From Felis catus (taxonomy: Eukaryota), in contig NC_058369.1 in assembly GCF_018350175.1 (NCBI RefSeq), positions 22,508,001 to 22,572,000 on the forward strand: a stretch of 64,000 nucleotides of DNA, written 5' to 3'. The position numbers and the translations under genes are program-made. The notes under the pieces are model-generated. The model was not told the DNA's origin, did no database searches, and saw only the letters and a program-made list of their open reading frames with translations. Below are positions 11,401 through 24,932 of this stretch, piece by piece. Positions within the stretch are counted from its first letter, which is position 1. The number at the start of each line of letters is the position of its first letter.

Positions 11401-14249
11401 TAAAATGCAGTTTTAAGGTTACTTCTCTGTGTTAGAAATATCATTGTCAAGGGGTGGAAGACATGGAGGGGCAGGAAGCTGTTGAAGTTTTGAAACAGAA
11501 TTTGTAGATTTTAACGTTTAAAGGTAGGCTCCTCTTCTTCAAGAGTTTCCAGTAAATGTGAAACTGGGCGGAAATGATTTCTATTTGAGAACACAAAATG
11601 TCTCTAGTTGCTTTTTGAATGATAGGGTAAGAGTGGAATTCATCTGGAGAAAAAGAGAGGGAAAAGCTTTTGGAGATGAGAGAAAAAGGACCAGTGACCC
11701 AAGGGCCCAAAGAGATGACAACCGGTAAGAGAGTCTTGGTCAGGGCATTTTCTATTATGGATTTCAGTAACTGTCCATACCCAGTGTTCAGTTGATATCC
11801 CTCTCCCACCTCCATCCTGTGCTGTAATTACCTTCCATTGACTCCAGAATTGATACAGGTCTCTTATACACAGAACCTTGATTGGTGACATCTGGAAATT
11901 GAAAGCGAGGTGGCTTTGCTCATGCTTGAGAAGGAGGGGCTGGAGGCATGAGCTCTGAGCAGGAACTCAGAGCAAGACAGGACAAGAACCTGTGTCCTGG
12001 AACTTTTGGGGAAGCCTTTGGACCTGTCACCAACAGTGGAATGACAATGTAGGCCATCTTAGTTGGATGTTGAAGCAAAGGGTGACTGTCCCAGAAGGCT
12101 GAGGAATTCAAATAAACAAATTCAAATAAACCTTCAGGATGAGTTGCTTATTAGGTAGCTTTCTGGGAAGGTCTCCTGGAATCCAAAGGGCTTGAAAACA
12201 AAACAAAATAAAATGCAACATATGTATGAGTGTCTGGGGAGTCCCTGGTGCCAGTTTTTTTGAGAAGCCAAAGCTATTGGTGATTTCTGCCACAATAGAG
12301 AGATGAGCTTTGATGACTCAAAACTGTGTGTACATCAGCCTTGAAAATGGTTTCCAAAATGCTCTTCTAGTCCCAGAGGGATCAATTTGGCACTCAGGGC
12401 ATACAACATTTCCTGTGTGCCACCTCAAGCTTTGGAATCGTAATCAATGAAGAGGAGCTTAATGATGAATTAGAGCATTCCCTTTGGGTATAAATGACCT
12501 GTCACTTAAAGCACAAACTAGAAAGTCCTCCTTATTTTGCCAGTTGGTTGTGTCAAATCCACCAGCCTTGCCCAGATTTGAGCCAGCCTGGAATGAATAG
12601 ACTTTTGTTGAAGAGACAAGAGTGGCCGGGACTTTGTTCCCCTTAGTACTCTAGCTGGATGATTTCCCCCTTCTGCTTGGCACTGTAAGGAATGGTTAAA
12701 TACATTAGATGGCAAAATGGGAAGGAAGAAGAGGGAAGAATATGGGAAGTAGAGAGAAACTTCGTGACTCTGTGACCTTCAAGTCAGGAAGAGAAAAACA
12801 GGAAAAACAGGAGCAACATTTCATTTCAAGCAGGGAAGGAAAGAAGAAAAAGGTTATTATGCATGAAGATTTGTGACAACGGTGTAGAAATGGCTGCCGT
12901 TTTGCTGGAACCTACTATCTAGCACTGGGCTAGCAAGTCTGCGAAGTACGGCCAGAGAAAGCAGGGTTGCTCTCTTTTCTCATGGAGCTTACTCCTCTTG
13001 GCTCTACACCATGGGGGAGGTTCCCGTGGCAAAGGTCAGGTCCACTGCTAGGCTGGGACCTCTCCAGCCTCACCTGGCACCACTCTCTTCCCTATCTTTC
13101 CCCTTGGGTCATTCTGGAATCTCCTCAGTTCTTCCATCCTGCCAGGCTCTCCTCCTGCTTTCTGGTCTTCATACAGACTCTCCATGGCATGGGGTGCTCT
13201 TTGCTTGGCTCTGTTCTTTTCAACTCACCTGAGACTTTCCCTTTTCTGGGGAAGCTTCCCTGACCCCAGACTGGGTTTGATCTTCCTGCTAGATGTTCTC
13301 ATATTTCCCCGTATCATTTAATTCACAATTAGTAACTCTTGACCTGTGGTCTGTCTTCCTCACTACTCTGTGAGTCTCCATGAAGACTGGAACGGAGTCT
13401 GTTTTCTTCTTTAGTGCCTTGCCCTGGGTCTGGCTCATAATAGACTCGATAAACATGGGAAAGCAAAAGAGCCTAGAAGTTACAAGTCTTGATTGAATTT
13501 CATTTTTAACCTTAGATTATCCGTCCTTTTTTTTTTTCCTGCTTCCATGACATCTAGGTTTTCTTTATTAGTACATCTCACTTTTACCCACATCATTAAA
13601 ACAAAACAAAGGAGAAAGGCAGCTAAAGAAAAGCAAATTTTCTTCTGACATAATGGAAAATTTTCTTCAAGGAGAAAACTGGAGAATTGGTAAAGATGTT
13701 GCTCTAAATCTCAGACTTGGACAGACACTCCATTTGAAACCCTGTAGTATTAATCTGATTATGGCTTTTCTCATTTCTCACATTTGAAAAGGAAATGCAC
13801 ATTGTCACTGTGACTTTAGATTACAATGCTTTATGAGGGCTTTAAGCCTAAGGACACTGAAAAAGAGAAATTCTGCAGCAGAAAATGCAAGCAAGGAGCT
13901 ATGCTTTCATGATGTTAAACTTTCTGCGGTGCTGATTTCAGTGCGGACAGATGGTTTCTATGTAAAGTGCACATACTCGAGTGCCAGGCAGCACCTAGAT
14001 TTACTAGCTCGTGGGAAAATTGACCAGTGCCAGTCTCTACCACAGGGAGTCAACAGAATGAAATACAGTCTTCTTTAACATGGCCTTCCAGAAACTACAC
14101 CTGCCTGCAAATGGCCTACAGAGGGTGAATGGTTAACACAGCCACTGACCAGAAATGATAGTCCCTTTGTTTGTAGCCAATTTCATTAAATTAGGCAGTG
14201 CCCAAAATTTCTGATAACCCAGTGAGAATCTTATTGGGCACGGGAAGAA

Positions 14250-14445
14250 GTTCAAGAGCGTTTGAAGACCCACAGACCAGGATTCCAGACCTAACTGCAT
14301 AGCTTACAAGGGAGGGGACCTTGGGTAAGTCACTCGTCCCCAGACTTCACTTTGCTCTCTACAAAATGGGTTTAATAATATCGCCACACACAGGGTTGCT
14401 CTGTAGAACACTCAGAGAGACCTGGCCCTAGTAAATGCTCAACAG
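14250..14445 (+). mobile_element. MIR SINE
   Basis: gaccttgggtaagtcact...ctctacaaaatgggtttaataata. Confidence 0.65.
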
Positions 14446-16678
14446 GGGTGACTGGTATGCCCATTTGTTCCCTCAGCTCCCTGTTGTTGGGGTCCACAGG
14501 TCCCCAGCCTGGAGGCACGTAGCGACTCACCACAAAGTCTGAGTTGGGCTCTCCGGTGGAGTCTCAATTTTAAAGCTAGTGGGCAGAGTTAGACAACTGT
14601 TTTCTTCTATTTTCCAGGTTTGGTTTATTAGGAGCAAGGCCCTTAGGGGATTCCTAGGGCCATTAGGAAGTTCAAATACTGTCTTGAGTACAATGCAGAG
14701 ACTTCTGTGGGTCAATTTTTCCTCCAACTAAATGCACCTAAGAGAGCATTGGGACAGGCCTAAAGGAGACTACTATGAGAAAAGCGTTGAAAAGTTAAGT
14801 GGGGGGAAAGCTGTGCACCAGACTGACCAGCTATTACTTCAAAAAACAATTTTTTTTTAAGCCATATTACCAGCCGCTTTGCCCGCAGATGCTGGGCAGC
14901 TCAGAGGGGAAAAGTGTTTCTGTGGCCTGGAGTCATGGTGGCCACACCCATGGCTGTGAGTCTCTCTGGGATGTGGGGGAGGGGCATGGTGGCCCCAGGG
15001 CCTGGGTGTATACTCAGGGGCTTTACGGGGAAACTTTGTATAAATGTGTTTTGTATAGAATTTATACATTTTTGGTGCTCAAAAGTAAAATGAGCAAAAA
15101 AGAGAATGTATGTTTGCATAAAGACCAATCATACTGGTGTTTTAGGTGAATGGACCCATAATTCTACCATGCTTATTTGGTGGATATGGGAAGAGAGAAA
15201 AGAGGGGGTACATAATCTTCCTAGGATCTCTCAGCCAGCTGACTATAGAGGGGACTTGGGGGGGTCTCAGTGTTAAGGGCCCTAGTCTGTTCCCCTGGCT
15301 GGGTCAGGGGAGGTGGAGGGAGGAGAGAGTCATGGATAGGGACATGTGTGACCTAGAACAGGTTATGTTTCTCGTAGGGTTTCTGTTCTTTCCTTCAAAG
15401 ACAAGATGTTTGAAGGACAGTTTGTGTTTCTGAAATGCAGTTGGCCAAAGGGATCTGTGTACAGGCTAAGAACACACAGTCTTGAATCCTGCTGATTTCT
15501 CTGCCACTTGCTATGGCAAAAGGAATTAACCCCTGGGGGCTTCTGTTTCCTCTTGTTGTAGTACTTTCTCCCCGCAGCAGAGTTGTCTGCAGGACTCCGT
15601 GAGGTCATCCAAGGGAAGCAGGCAGCACAGTGCTTGGCGTGTGCTAAGGGCTCAGTAGACATTAGCTATTACCAGTGCCATTATTTCTAAATCCGTTTTC
15701 TCTTGAATAAAAGTAGACTTACGCATGATACTTTTGAGGCTGGAAGTATGGGTTCTTCAGGACATCTGCCTGATAGGTGCAAAAGGACACTGTAACCTGT
15801 AAAGCGCTGTACTGTACTCTGTACTCTGAGCAACTGGTTGCCGTTGAGTAAATCCTCCCTCGGGCTTTCCTTTTGGTCTTGGCCTTCTAATTGTGGATGG
15901 TGATCACACGGTGATTGTGTGGGATGAACTGAGCTCGGTCTAACCTGCTTTGCTGCAGCTAAGGACCACTGAGGTTTCACAGGGTTCCCTACACAAGCTG
16001 GTAGAGATCACCCTCGGTTGGTCTTTGAGATAAGAATTCTTACTGGCTCCCTGGGGAGCTTGACTGGATCGCTCCCACCCCTAGCTAGGTTAGCCAAGGC
16101 ACAGCTGAAGAGTCCAGCCTGGCTTCCACCCTGCCTTCCCCCAGCGTATCAGAAGAGAGGGCTGGCTTTGGAGCACACAGCAGACTCCTTTGGCCTCCTG
16201 AGTAAAGGGCTGTGTGGGTGAGGAATAGGGGAGCACTCAGAACATGCACCTTGCTGTAAATGTAGCTTGGTTATAACTTTTAAATATAGAAAGAAACGTT
16301 TAGCATATGGGCTTGGTCCGTACCCATACATTTAGGAGCAGGCTTATTTACCATGACTCTCTAATGCTCCCCCCGACTGCCCTGGCAAAATCTAGGAAGC
16401 CTTTTGGACTGGTGGGGGTGGAGTGGGTACAATTTTAAAGTAGAAGAGACAAGAGGTGGCACTTTTGTCATGTATCTATCGTGACCTCTGCCATGGGCTC
16501 CCTCCCTACCAGCTCCTGGTACTGACTGCCTAGACTGTTGACTGGTTAGCATAGATTTTAGCATGGAGGCCATGTCATCTGAAATAATTCTGAGGTGTCT
16601 GCTAGGTAGAGCCCAGACATTAACATATGAATGTATCCCTGGGAGAGATACTCTGCCCTGAATGAATTGATTGGTTAG

Positions 16679-17219
16679 TGTATTAGTCATATATTGCTGT
16701 GTAACAAATTACCCCAAAATTAGTGGTTTGAAAAATGTTTATCATAGTTTCTGCAGAACAGAAATCTCGGCACAGCTCAGGATGCTCCCAGGCTGTAGTC
16801 AAGGGGTTGGCTGAGGCTGTGGCTGCGGTCATCACAGGGTGTGGCAGTGGAAGGACACACTTCCCAAACACACTCACCCAGTGGGTGGGAAGACTTAGTT
16901 TCTTGCGGGCTACGGTACTGAGTCTCAGTTGTTCACTGGGTGTTGGGTGTCGCTCCTTGCATGTAGACTTCTCCATAGGACAGCTCAAAACAGCTTGCTT
17001 TATCAGAGCAAGTGAGGGAGAAGAAGAGAGAAGTATCGAGATGGAAGTTACGGTCTTTTGTGAGTCTCAAAAGTGGCATTCCATCACTCTTGCCACACTC
17101 TGTGTCTTAGAAGCAAGTCCCTAGGTCCAGCCCATATCCAAGGGGAGGGGCTTATAGAAGAGTATGAATATCAGGAGGCAGAGATCACTGGAGGCAATAG
17201 AAGAAGGCTGCCTACCACA
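16679..17219 (-). mobile_element. MaLR solo LTR (MLT1F/G/H-like)
   Basis: tgtattagtc...tgctgtgtaacaaattacccc ... ggctgcctaccaca; TG...CA ends; 5-bp flanks gttag/tttag. Confidence 0.85.
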
Positions 17220-17224
17220 TTTAG

Positions 17225-17251
17225 TTCATTCATTCATTCATTCATTCATTC
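17225..17251. repeat. (TTCA)n microsatellite
   Basis: Direct reading. Confidence 0.9.
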
Positions 17252-17435
17252 AGTTGAGAGCTCTCTGCATACTGGGCATTGGCCTTTTTCAACTCATAAT
17301 GCTAAACTAGTTTATCTCAGTGATTCAGATCAAAACTTTATGTTCGTGGGAAATTTTGTAGGATTAGAAATTCAGGTTAGTATTATTGCTACTTTCCTAA
17401 TTCATAAATTCTCACCCTGAGGAAAATTGCATTAA

Positions 17436-17516
17436 GTTTTATTTGCATTTTATTTTATTTTTTATTGTATTTTATATTTTATTTTATTTTATTTTATTTT
17501 ATTTTATTTTATTTTA
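17436..17516. repeat. (TTTTA)n microsatellite
   Basis: Direct reading. Confidence 0.9.
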
Positions 17517-19030
17517 ATATAAAAAACACTTTTCCTGATTGAAAGCAAAAAATGTTCCTTTGATTTACTCTGTGTAGCCAAGACATTTACTGGAGGAATA
17601 AAAACACAACTACATATATGAAACCTGAATAAAGAGAGAAATCTGTTTAAATAAATAAGATGATGTAGGTTGATTCACCTAACTAAATTATGGTTATTTC
17701 ATTAACTCTTCAATTGAATTCCAAGTCCTCATTCTATTTGCTGAGGTAAATTTGTTTAACATGAAGCCTTGACATCCTTTAAAATAATTATGCTTCTAAA
17801 TGAAAGTTTAATTTTTAATCATTTGCTTTGCTAAAATAGGAGCAAATGAAAGGATAATATGGCAATTTAAAGGATTTGCAATAGATCCCCTAGAGCTGGA
17901 AGAGGCATGAATTTTTCCTGAATGCTGCTGACTAGTGGAGGAATTTTAAATATGGTTAATAGAACTACTTCTCCCAATGTTTGCTTCTTTGATGGAAATA
18001 AAACCAGAGGGAATAGAAACCAACAGGGGTGAGGCAGGTCAGTGCTCCCTGATCAATTGCTGACCCTAATGGGGACTGCCATGTCCCCTCCAGCAGGCCC
18101 TCTCCTTAGATTCAGGTACCACAGTGCCAGTCCTGGGATGAAAAAGAGACAATTCCCAGCAAAACAGAATGAAAACAAATTTCATCTTTGAAGGGAAGAG
18201 GTAGGCGTCACTGTGTCTTTGCAAGCAATGAAATCTACATAATAGGAGAGACAGGTTAGTTTGTTTCGACTTTCAGCTAAAAAGCAAGATTTTTGGTTTG
18301 TGTGCCTTTGAAATCACTTTGCAAATGTATCATTTGCCCAATTTAAGTTAGGAATGTGAATTTTTTTAATAGATGTTTTCAAGAATTACCAATGGTCAGT
18401 GGAAGATAAAGCCTCTCTTAATGACTCTCTAGATAGATGATGGGTCTCATTAAGGAGGCTTGACTCCCTCTTTATTATAATAAAATCTTGCAGATAACCA
18501 AATTTTTTTCTCTCTCCAACAATTGTGAATTGTATTGATTCTTTTCACCTCCTCACATTCCTCATTGCTTCATGTGGCAGAGGATACAATTTTCAGTACC
18601 ATATGTGCTTATTTCCTTTAATGAAAAAAGGCATAGGTAAGTGTACTTGCAATTCTGTTTTATTGGGCTGCTTCAAGGCATTGAGCTCAGACATGAGGGC
18701 TTCTTTTGCAATGGCCCTGACTTGTACTCTATATTTTGTTTGTTTGATTAACTGTCTATGGTCCTTTTAAAACCAGTGAGGGTGCAGTGGCATTCATGGT
18801 AGTCAGAGTCTTTGGGAGTTCATATATTACTTTTTTTTTTAAAGCTTACCATCATTATTATTTATTGTACAAACAAGTTGATAGCACTGTTAATATAAAT
18901 CAAAGTTCATTCACCATCCTACTCGATTTTTTTTTTCATTTTTCAAGTTCCCTCTTAAATCTTGGTAATGTACAGAAGCATTTTTCACATAGTTGCAATA
19001 GAAGGATAGATAAGGTTTTGCATTTTCCTT

Positions 19031-19242
19031 TAAAAAAATTTTTTTTAAGTTTATTTATTTTGAGAGAGAGACAGGGAGTGAGCAGGAGAGGGACAGAAAG
19101 AGGAGGAGAGAGAGAATTCCAAGCAGGCTCCCCACTGTCAGCACAGAACCCAACATGGGGCTTGAACTCACAAACCATGAGTTCATGACCTGAGCCGAAA
19201 CCAGTAGTCTGATGCTTAACAGACTGAGCCACCCAGGTGCCC
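19031..19242 (-). mobile_element. Can-SINE
   Basis: Reverse SINE; TSD tgcatttt(c/a)ctt. Confidence 0.93.
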
Positions 19243-20059
19243 TGCATTTTACTTTTAAATGTAAAGTATCATACACATTTTTCAGTATTTCATTTTACTC
19301 TTCATAATTAAAATGCTAATATCTGAATTAAAATGCTAATAATAATATTCCTTTGAATGGTGAAACCATAATTGAACTAATCATTTTTCAATTATGAATA
19401 TTTAGATGAAGTATATTGTAGTATATAAATATTGCTACAAAGTGTATTTTTATTGCATAATTTAGAAAAGTTCTTTTGGACTATTTTCTTGGTTTAAAGT
19501 CCCCAAAGTCAAAGGATCTGAATAGTTTTACCCTTTTTAGAAGAGTGCAAATTTATACCCTTAATGAGCTGTATTCATTTACATTGCAATTTTTGATGCT
19601 ATCAGTTTTACCAGTTAGCATTGGGAATTCTCATTAAGAGTTTTTTCTTCTTGAATGGCTGGAAACTGGGTGCCTTTTGATGTCATTATATCATTCTTTG
19701 TCAATAGACAAGTGGATATTATTTCCAAGTCTTCACTCTTGCTCTCTGGGGAAATGATGTGATGACGGTTCCTTCAATTCTTAACTCATCATTTTTTTAA
19801 ACTAATAATTGGAAAACAACCCAGGGAGATATTATTTAGCTATATTAGCATGACTTTAGCTTTTCAGGTTCCCTTACTTTCTTTTGTCTGTTTTTAGCTG
19901 GGACATTAGAAATAGAAGGAGGCCATAGCTGGGACTGAAGGGGGTGGCAATTTGTTGTTTCCTAAGGTGTTCACCTGGTGCTCTGTCATTTCCCTGTGTT
20001 TTCCTTGTGTTCTTCGTTTAGCCTGGAAAGTTCTTTCCTTCTGTCTCTGTTTTAATGAC

Positions 20060-20651
20060 TGTGGCGGGTGGAATGCTAAAAATGGCTCTCAAGATTCCAT
20101 AGCGCTAATCCCCAGAACCCCCTGATAAGATGAATTATCACTCCTGTGACTGTGCTTTGTCTCATGGCACAGTTAACTCTGGTAGGTTTATCTGGGTGGG
20201 CCTGACCTAATCACATGAGCCCGTTTTAAAAGCAGAGTTTTCTCTTCTGGTAGCAGAAGGGGAAGTCATGGATTTGAAGGAGGGGAATGTTATAAATCCT
20301 TGCTGGCTTGGAGATGGAGAAGGCCACATGCCAAGGAATGTGGACGGCCTTTGGGAGCTGAAAGTAATCCCAGGAGAGGAAATGGGGCCTCAGACCTACC
20401 ACTGCAAGGCACTGCATTTGGCCAACAATGCAGTTCCTTGAAGAAGCATAGACGCAGTTTCTTCCCTAGAACTTCTGGATAAGAGCCCAGCTTGCTAACC
20501 TCGTGATTTTGGTGAGACCCTTTGTGAGACCCTAAGGGGAGAACCCAGTTGAGCCCACCTAAGACTTCTGATCTACTAATCTGTGAGATAAATGTGGATG
20601 TTGTTTTAAGCTGCTCAGTTGTGGTTCCAGTAACAATAGAGAATAAATACA
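20060..20651 (+). mobile_element. MaLR solo LTR (MLT1D/E-like), full length
   Basis: tgtggcgggtgg...gggtgggcctgacctaatcacatgagccc...aataaataca. Perfect 5-bp TSD atgac at 20055-20059 and 20652-20656. Confidence 0.9.
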
Positions 20652-21710
20652 ATGACAAAGAAAGAGGGCTGTCAGACGTAGTAGAAATTACTTTTAACCA
20701 ACCTGCTGAACTTGGTAGATTCCATGTGTAAGACTTGCTTACTGAAGCCCTTGCAGCCTGAACACCTTCACTGCTGGCGACTCGAAGATACTCCTGTCCT
20801 CTTCTAATGCTGCTGGGTGAGCCGTTTGCTCCCAAACCTGCTGACAGGTAGTTTTATTGGCTATCATAATTACACATTTATCTGTGTGTAAGTATTTTGT
20901 CAACTGGGGATGTAAGAGTGGACATGAAGAGGTTGTTTCTTTCTACAAGATGAAGTTGAATGCTTTGGGATGACTGGATAGGTAGGGAGTCCCTAGAAAA
21001 TGTTCTGGAATTAGGTAGGGTGAAGTAACTGGAAGACCAGAAAAGCATGGTAAAGTTCTAGAAGGTTTCTCTAACTTGTTTGTTTCTGATAAAGAGTTTG
21101 AAACTAGGAATTACCCATGATGCATTAGGACGATGGCTTATGCAAGAATGCTGACGTAGCACTCTCACAGCAATGTCACGTGCAGAGGAAAGGCCTGGGC
21201 CTTACACCAGAAGAGTGGCAAGTGAAGGCACATGACTAAGTTAAAATAAGGATTTTAAGCATTGGTTTTTGTTATATTTGGTGATTCCTCCCTTTGACTG
21301 ATTTTTTTTTTTTTTTTTTTTTTTTTTGCTGACTAGCTAATACTTCTGATTATATCAGGTAAGACAGCCTCTGCTGTAATAGCGGGTGTGTATATGCACA
21401 CACACATGCATATACGGTGCAGTAAGCAGCCTATAAGTCAAATCAGGAAGTATGATCACTTCAGGTTTTTGTATGTTTTTTGGGGTGTGTGTGGAAAACA
21501 CACACTCCTAGAAAAAAATGGTACCACCAGTGATAGTTATATTTGAGTTATAGAATTATAGGGATTTTGCTTGTGTATATTTTTGATAATACAAACATAT
21601 AAAGGCAATAAAAGAAAATAATGATAATATAGTAAAAGCTCCTAGGGATCCTTCAAAGTCAGGATTCAAAAAAATCCGCTCCTTGAAGTTTTCCTGGATT
21701 CACAGGAAGG

Positions 21711-21750
21711 TCTTTTTTTTTTTTTTTTTTTTTTTTTTGTAACATTTAGT

Positions 21751-21791
<41 letters not shown>

Positions 21792-21958
21792 ACACAAGCA
21801 GGGGAGGGGCAGAGAGAGAGGGAGACACAGAATCCAAAGCAGACTACAGGCTCTGAGCCTGTAGCACAGAGCCGGACATGGGGCTTGAACTCATAAACTG
21901 TGAGCTCATGACCTGAGCTGGAGTCGGATGCTTAACTGACTGAGCCAGCCAGGCGTCC
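21711..21958 (-). mobile_element. Can-SINE with long (GA)n and T tract
   Basis: Reverse SINE body ending gccagccaggcgtcc. Confidence 0.92.
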
Positions 21959-23220
21959 TGGAAGCTCATTTTTTTTATGCTCCTGTAGACCCTTACTTGT
22001 ACTTTTGGTTTCACACTTAATTAGTTCTGATATTTAGCATGGTCAATTGTATTTTTCCCTCTCATTTGAGAGCAGGAATCATGATGTATAAATATCCATA
22101 TTCCATAACACCAAGCCCATTTCCCACCACGTAGGAGATAGTCATCAAATGAGCAAGTGAAGCGTGTTCTAGTATAGTCACAAAACATGAGAAAGTTAAA
22201 AACAAAAATGAAACAAAGTGCTCTCTTACTGTCCATTGGTAAGCAGCTTTAAAATCATACTTGGTTGGACCTGTATAATCCAGATTGTGTGTTTTAGCAT
22301 CTTATATAATCAAAAAGCAAAGGCCACACACCCAGGCCTTGAGCAGAGCCTTTCTGGGCAAAATGAGAACAGCTTTATGAACAACAAAGGCACACTTAGT
22401 ACCAGGTGTGCAGGCGCCACACCAGATGTTTGCCAGGCTCTGGAAGAATCTATGTGTGGGATGTTCCCTTGACATCCCCCTCCTGTTCTACATCTAGACT
22501 CCCTGTGCGCAAGCCCCCTGGGTGTAGAGGGCAGCATTTGTGAAGCGTTTTCTGGTTTGTGTCTCCTGAAAGCCGAGCGGGCTGTGTCCTGATTTTGTTA
22601 GTGTGATTGCTGAGAATGGAGTGGTCTATTAACAGGCAGTGGTCACTGCTGCCTGACGGATCTGCTTCTTGCCACATTAGTGTCATGGTGATGGATTAGC
22701 AGAATCTCCAAAGTGAAAAGGCATGTTTCCACAAACATCTTGTATAAACATAAATTCACATGCAAACATTACTCATTTTCCTTTTAATTTTTTATCTATC
22801 ATCCTTTAGTTTCCCATGCATCTTTCAGCACACATGTGGCTCTCACTGGAGGGCTTTGATAAGTGAGTCGGGGACGGCCAGGGGAACCCTGGTGCTGTCT
22901 TTAGGCCCCTGTTTACAGACTTTTCCCTCTGCTTCTGTGTTGCTTGCAGGAGGGGAGGAAAAGGGCAAAAACCCCAAGGACAAACAACCTCATTGAACGG
23001 CTTGGAAAGCTCTGGGAGGGATTTCTTTTTACTAGAAAGGCAAGTCTGTGTAGTGATTTGAAAACTCCCTGCCATGGAGGGTTCAGGGAAGGGGAGATGA
23101 TGGAGATGAACAGGCAGAGCACAGAGACTTTTTAGGGCAATGAAAATGCTGTCTATGATACAATTGTAGATTTATGTCACTACACTTCTGTCCAGACCCA
23201 TGGAATGTACACCACCAAGA

Positions 23221-23351
23221 AGATGGGAACAGCACTTGTCATGGTAAGCATTGTGTAATGTATAGAATTGTTAAATCACTATGTTGCACATCTGAAACTA
23301 GCATAAACTGTGTTAACTATATACTTAAGTTTCTAAAAAAGTTGAAACAGA
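23221..23351 (+). mobile_element. Short carnivore-type L1 3' terminal fragment
   Basis: gcattgtgtaatgtatagaattgttaaatcactatgttgcacatctgaaact...gttaactata plus A tail. Confidence 0.7.
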
Positions 23352-23543
23352 GGGGGACCTGGGTGGCTCATTCGGTTGAGTGTCCGACTCGGCCTAGGTC
23401 ATGATCTCACGGTTTGTGAGTTCAAGCCCCACATTGGGCTCTCTGCTGTCAGCACAGAGCCCGCTTCAGATCCTCTGTCCCCGTCTCTCTGCCCTCCCCC
23501 CCTTCTCTCTTTCTCTCTTTAAAAAATAAATAAACTTAGAAAC
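23352..23543 (+). mobile_element. Can-SINE
   Basis: TSD aaagttgaaa(c/t)aga at 23338-23351 and 23544-23557. Confidence 0.93.
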
Positions 23544-24485
23544 AAAGTTGAAATAGAAAAAAAAAAAGAGTGAACCTTAAGGTAAACTATGGACTTTGGG
23601 TGATTGTGGTGGGTCCATATAGGTTCATTCTTGGCAAAAAATATCCTATTTTGGTGGGGGTGTAGATAATGGAGGTGGCTATGTGTGTGGTGGGGCAGGG
23701 GGCATAGGAGAACTCTCTGTACCTTCCTCTCAATTTTGTTGTAAACCTAAAACTGCTCTTTAAAAAAAAAAAAAAGTCTCCTTTCTTGATAAAAACCCTC
23801 AAGAAAGTAGGGATAGAAGGATCATACCTTGAGATCATAAAAGCCATATATGGAAGACCCAACGCTAGTATCATCCTCAATGGGGAAAAACTGAAAGCTT
23901 TCCCCCTAAGGTCAGAACAAGACAGGGATGTCCACTCTTGCTGCTGTTAGTCAAGACAGTATTGGAAGTCTTAGCCTCAGCAATCAGACAACACAACGAA
24001 ATCAAAGGCATCTAAATCAGCCAGGAGGAGGTCAAACTTGCACTCTTCGCAGATGACATAATACTCAATGTGGAAAACCCACAAGATTCCACCAAAAAAC
24101 TGCTAGAACTGATTCATGAATTCAGCAAAGTTGCAGAATATAAAATCAATGCACGGAAATCGGTTGCATTCCTATACACCAGCAAAGAAACAACAGAAAG
24201 AGAAATCAAGGAATTGATCCAGTTTGCAATTGCGCCAAAACCCATAAAATACCTAGGAATAAATCTAACGAAAGCGGTGAAAAAGCTACACACTGAAAAC
24301 TATAGAAAGCTTATGAAAGAAACTGCAGAGGACACAAAAAGATGTTGAAATATGTCATGCTCCTGGATAGGAAGAACAAATATTGTTAAAATGCCAATAC
24401 TACCCAAAGCAATCTACATATTCACTTTAATCCCTATTAAAATAACACCAGTATTCTTCACAGAGTTAGAATAAACAATCCTAAA

Positions 24486-24711
24486 TTTTTTTTTAATTTT
24501 TTTTTTCAATGTTTATTTATTTTTGGGACAGAGAGAGACAGAGCATGAATGGGGGAGGGGCAGAGAGAGAGAGGGAGACAAAGAATCGGAAACAGGCTCC
24601 AGGCTCTGAGCCATCAGCCCAGAGCCTGACGTGGGGCTCGAACTCACGCACCGTGAGATCGTGACCTGGCTGAAGTCGGACGCTTAACCGATTGCGCCAC
24701 CCAGGCGCCCC
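24486..24711 (-). mobile_element. Young Can-SINE inserted into the tail of the adjacent SINE
   Basis: Young-type diagnostic bases (gccatcagcccagag, acctggctgaag); ctaaattttttttt duplicated at 24481 and 24711. Confidence 0.93.
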
Positions 24712-24932
24712 TAAATTTTTTTTTTAATGTTTATTTATTTCTGAGACAGAGAGAGAGAGACAGAGCATGAGTGGGGGAGGGGCAGAGAGAGAGGGAGACA
24801 CAGAATCCAAAGCAGGCTCCAGGCTCTGAGCTGTCAGCACAAAGCCCGACGCGGGGCTTGAACCCACAAATCATGAGGTCATGACCTGAGCTGAAGTCGG
24901 TCACTCAACCGACTGAGCCACCCAGGCGCCCC
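24712..24932 (-). mobile_element. Can-SINE inserted in L1 ORF2
   Basis: Outer TSD aacaatcctaaa at 24474-24485 and 24933-24944. Confidence 0.95.

Larger units (their letters stand above)
23065..23780 (+). mobile_element. L1MC-like 3' end, interrupted at ~23220/23569 by a younger L1 3' fragment that itself holds a SINE
   Basis: The host sequence rejoins across the insert: ...gaatgtacaccaccaaga | gtgaaccttaaggtaaactatggactttggg...aacctaaaactgctct. Confidence 0.8.

Noticed and set aside
11447..11815. 122-aa minus-strand ORF in unique sequence
   Set aside because: No recognisable homology or supporting gene structure; the length is compatible with chance
17436..17900. (TTTTA)n as the poly(A) tail of a minus-strand processed pseudogene
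   Set aside because: No TSD, no clear polyadenylation signal and no recognisable coding sequence
20290..20835. 181-aa minus-strand ORF
   Set aside because: Mostly antisense translation of an MLT1 LTR
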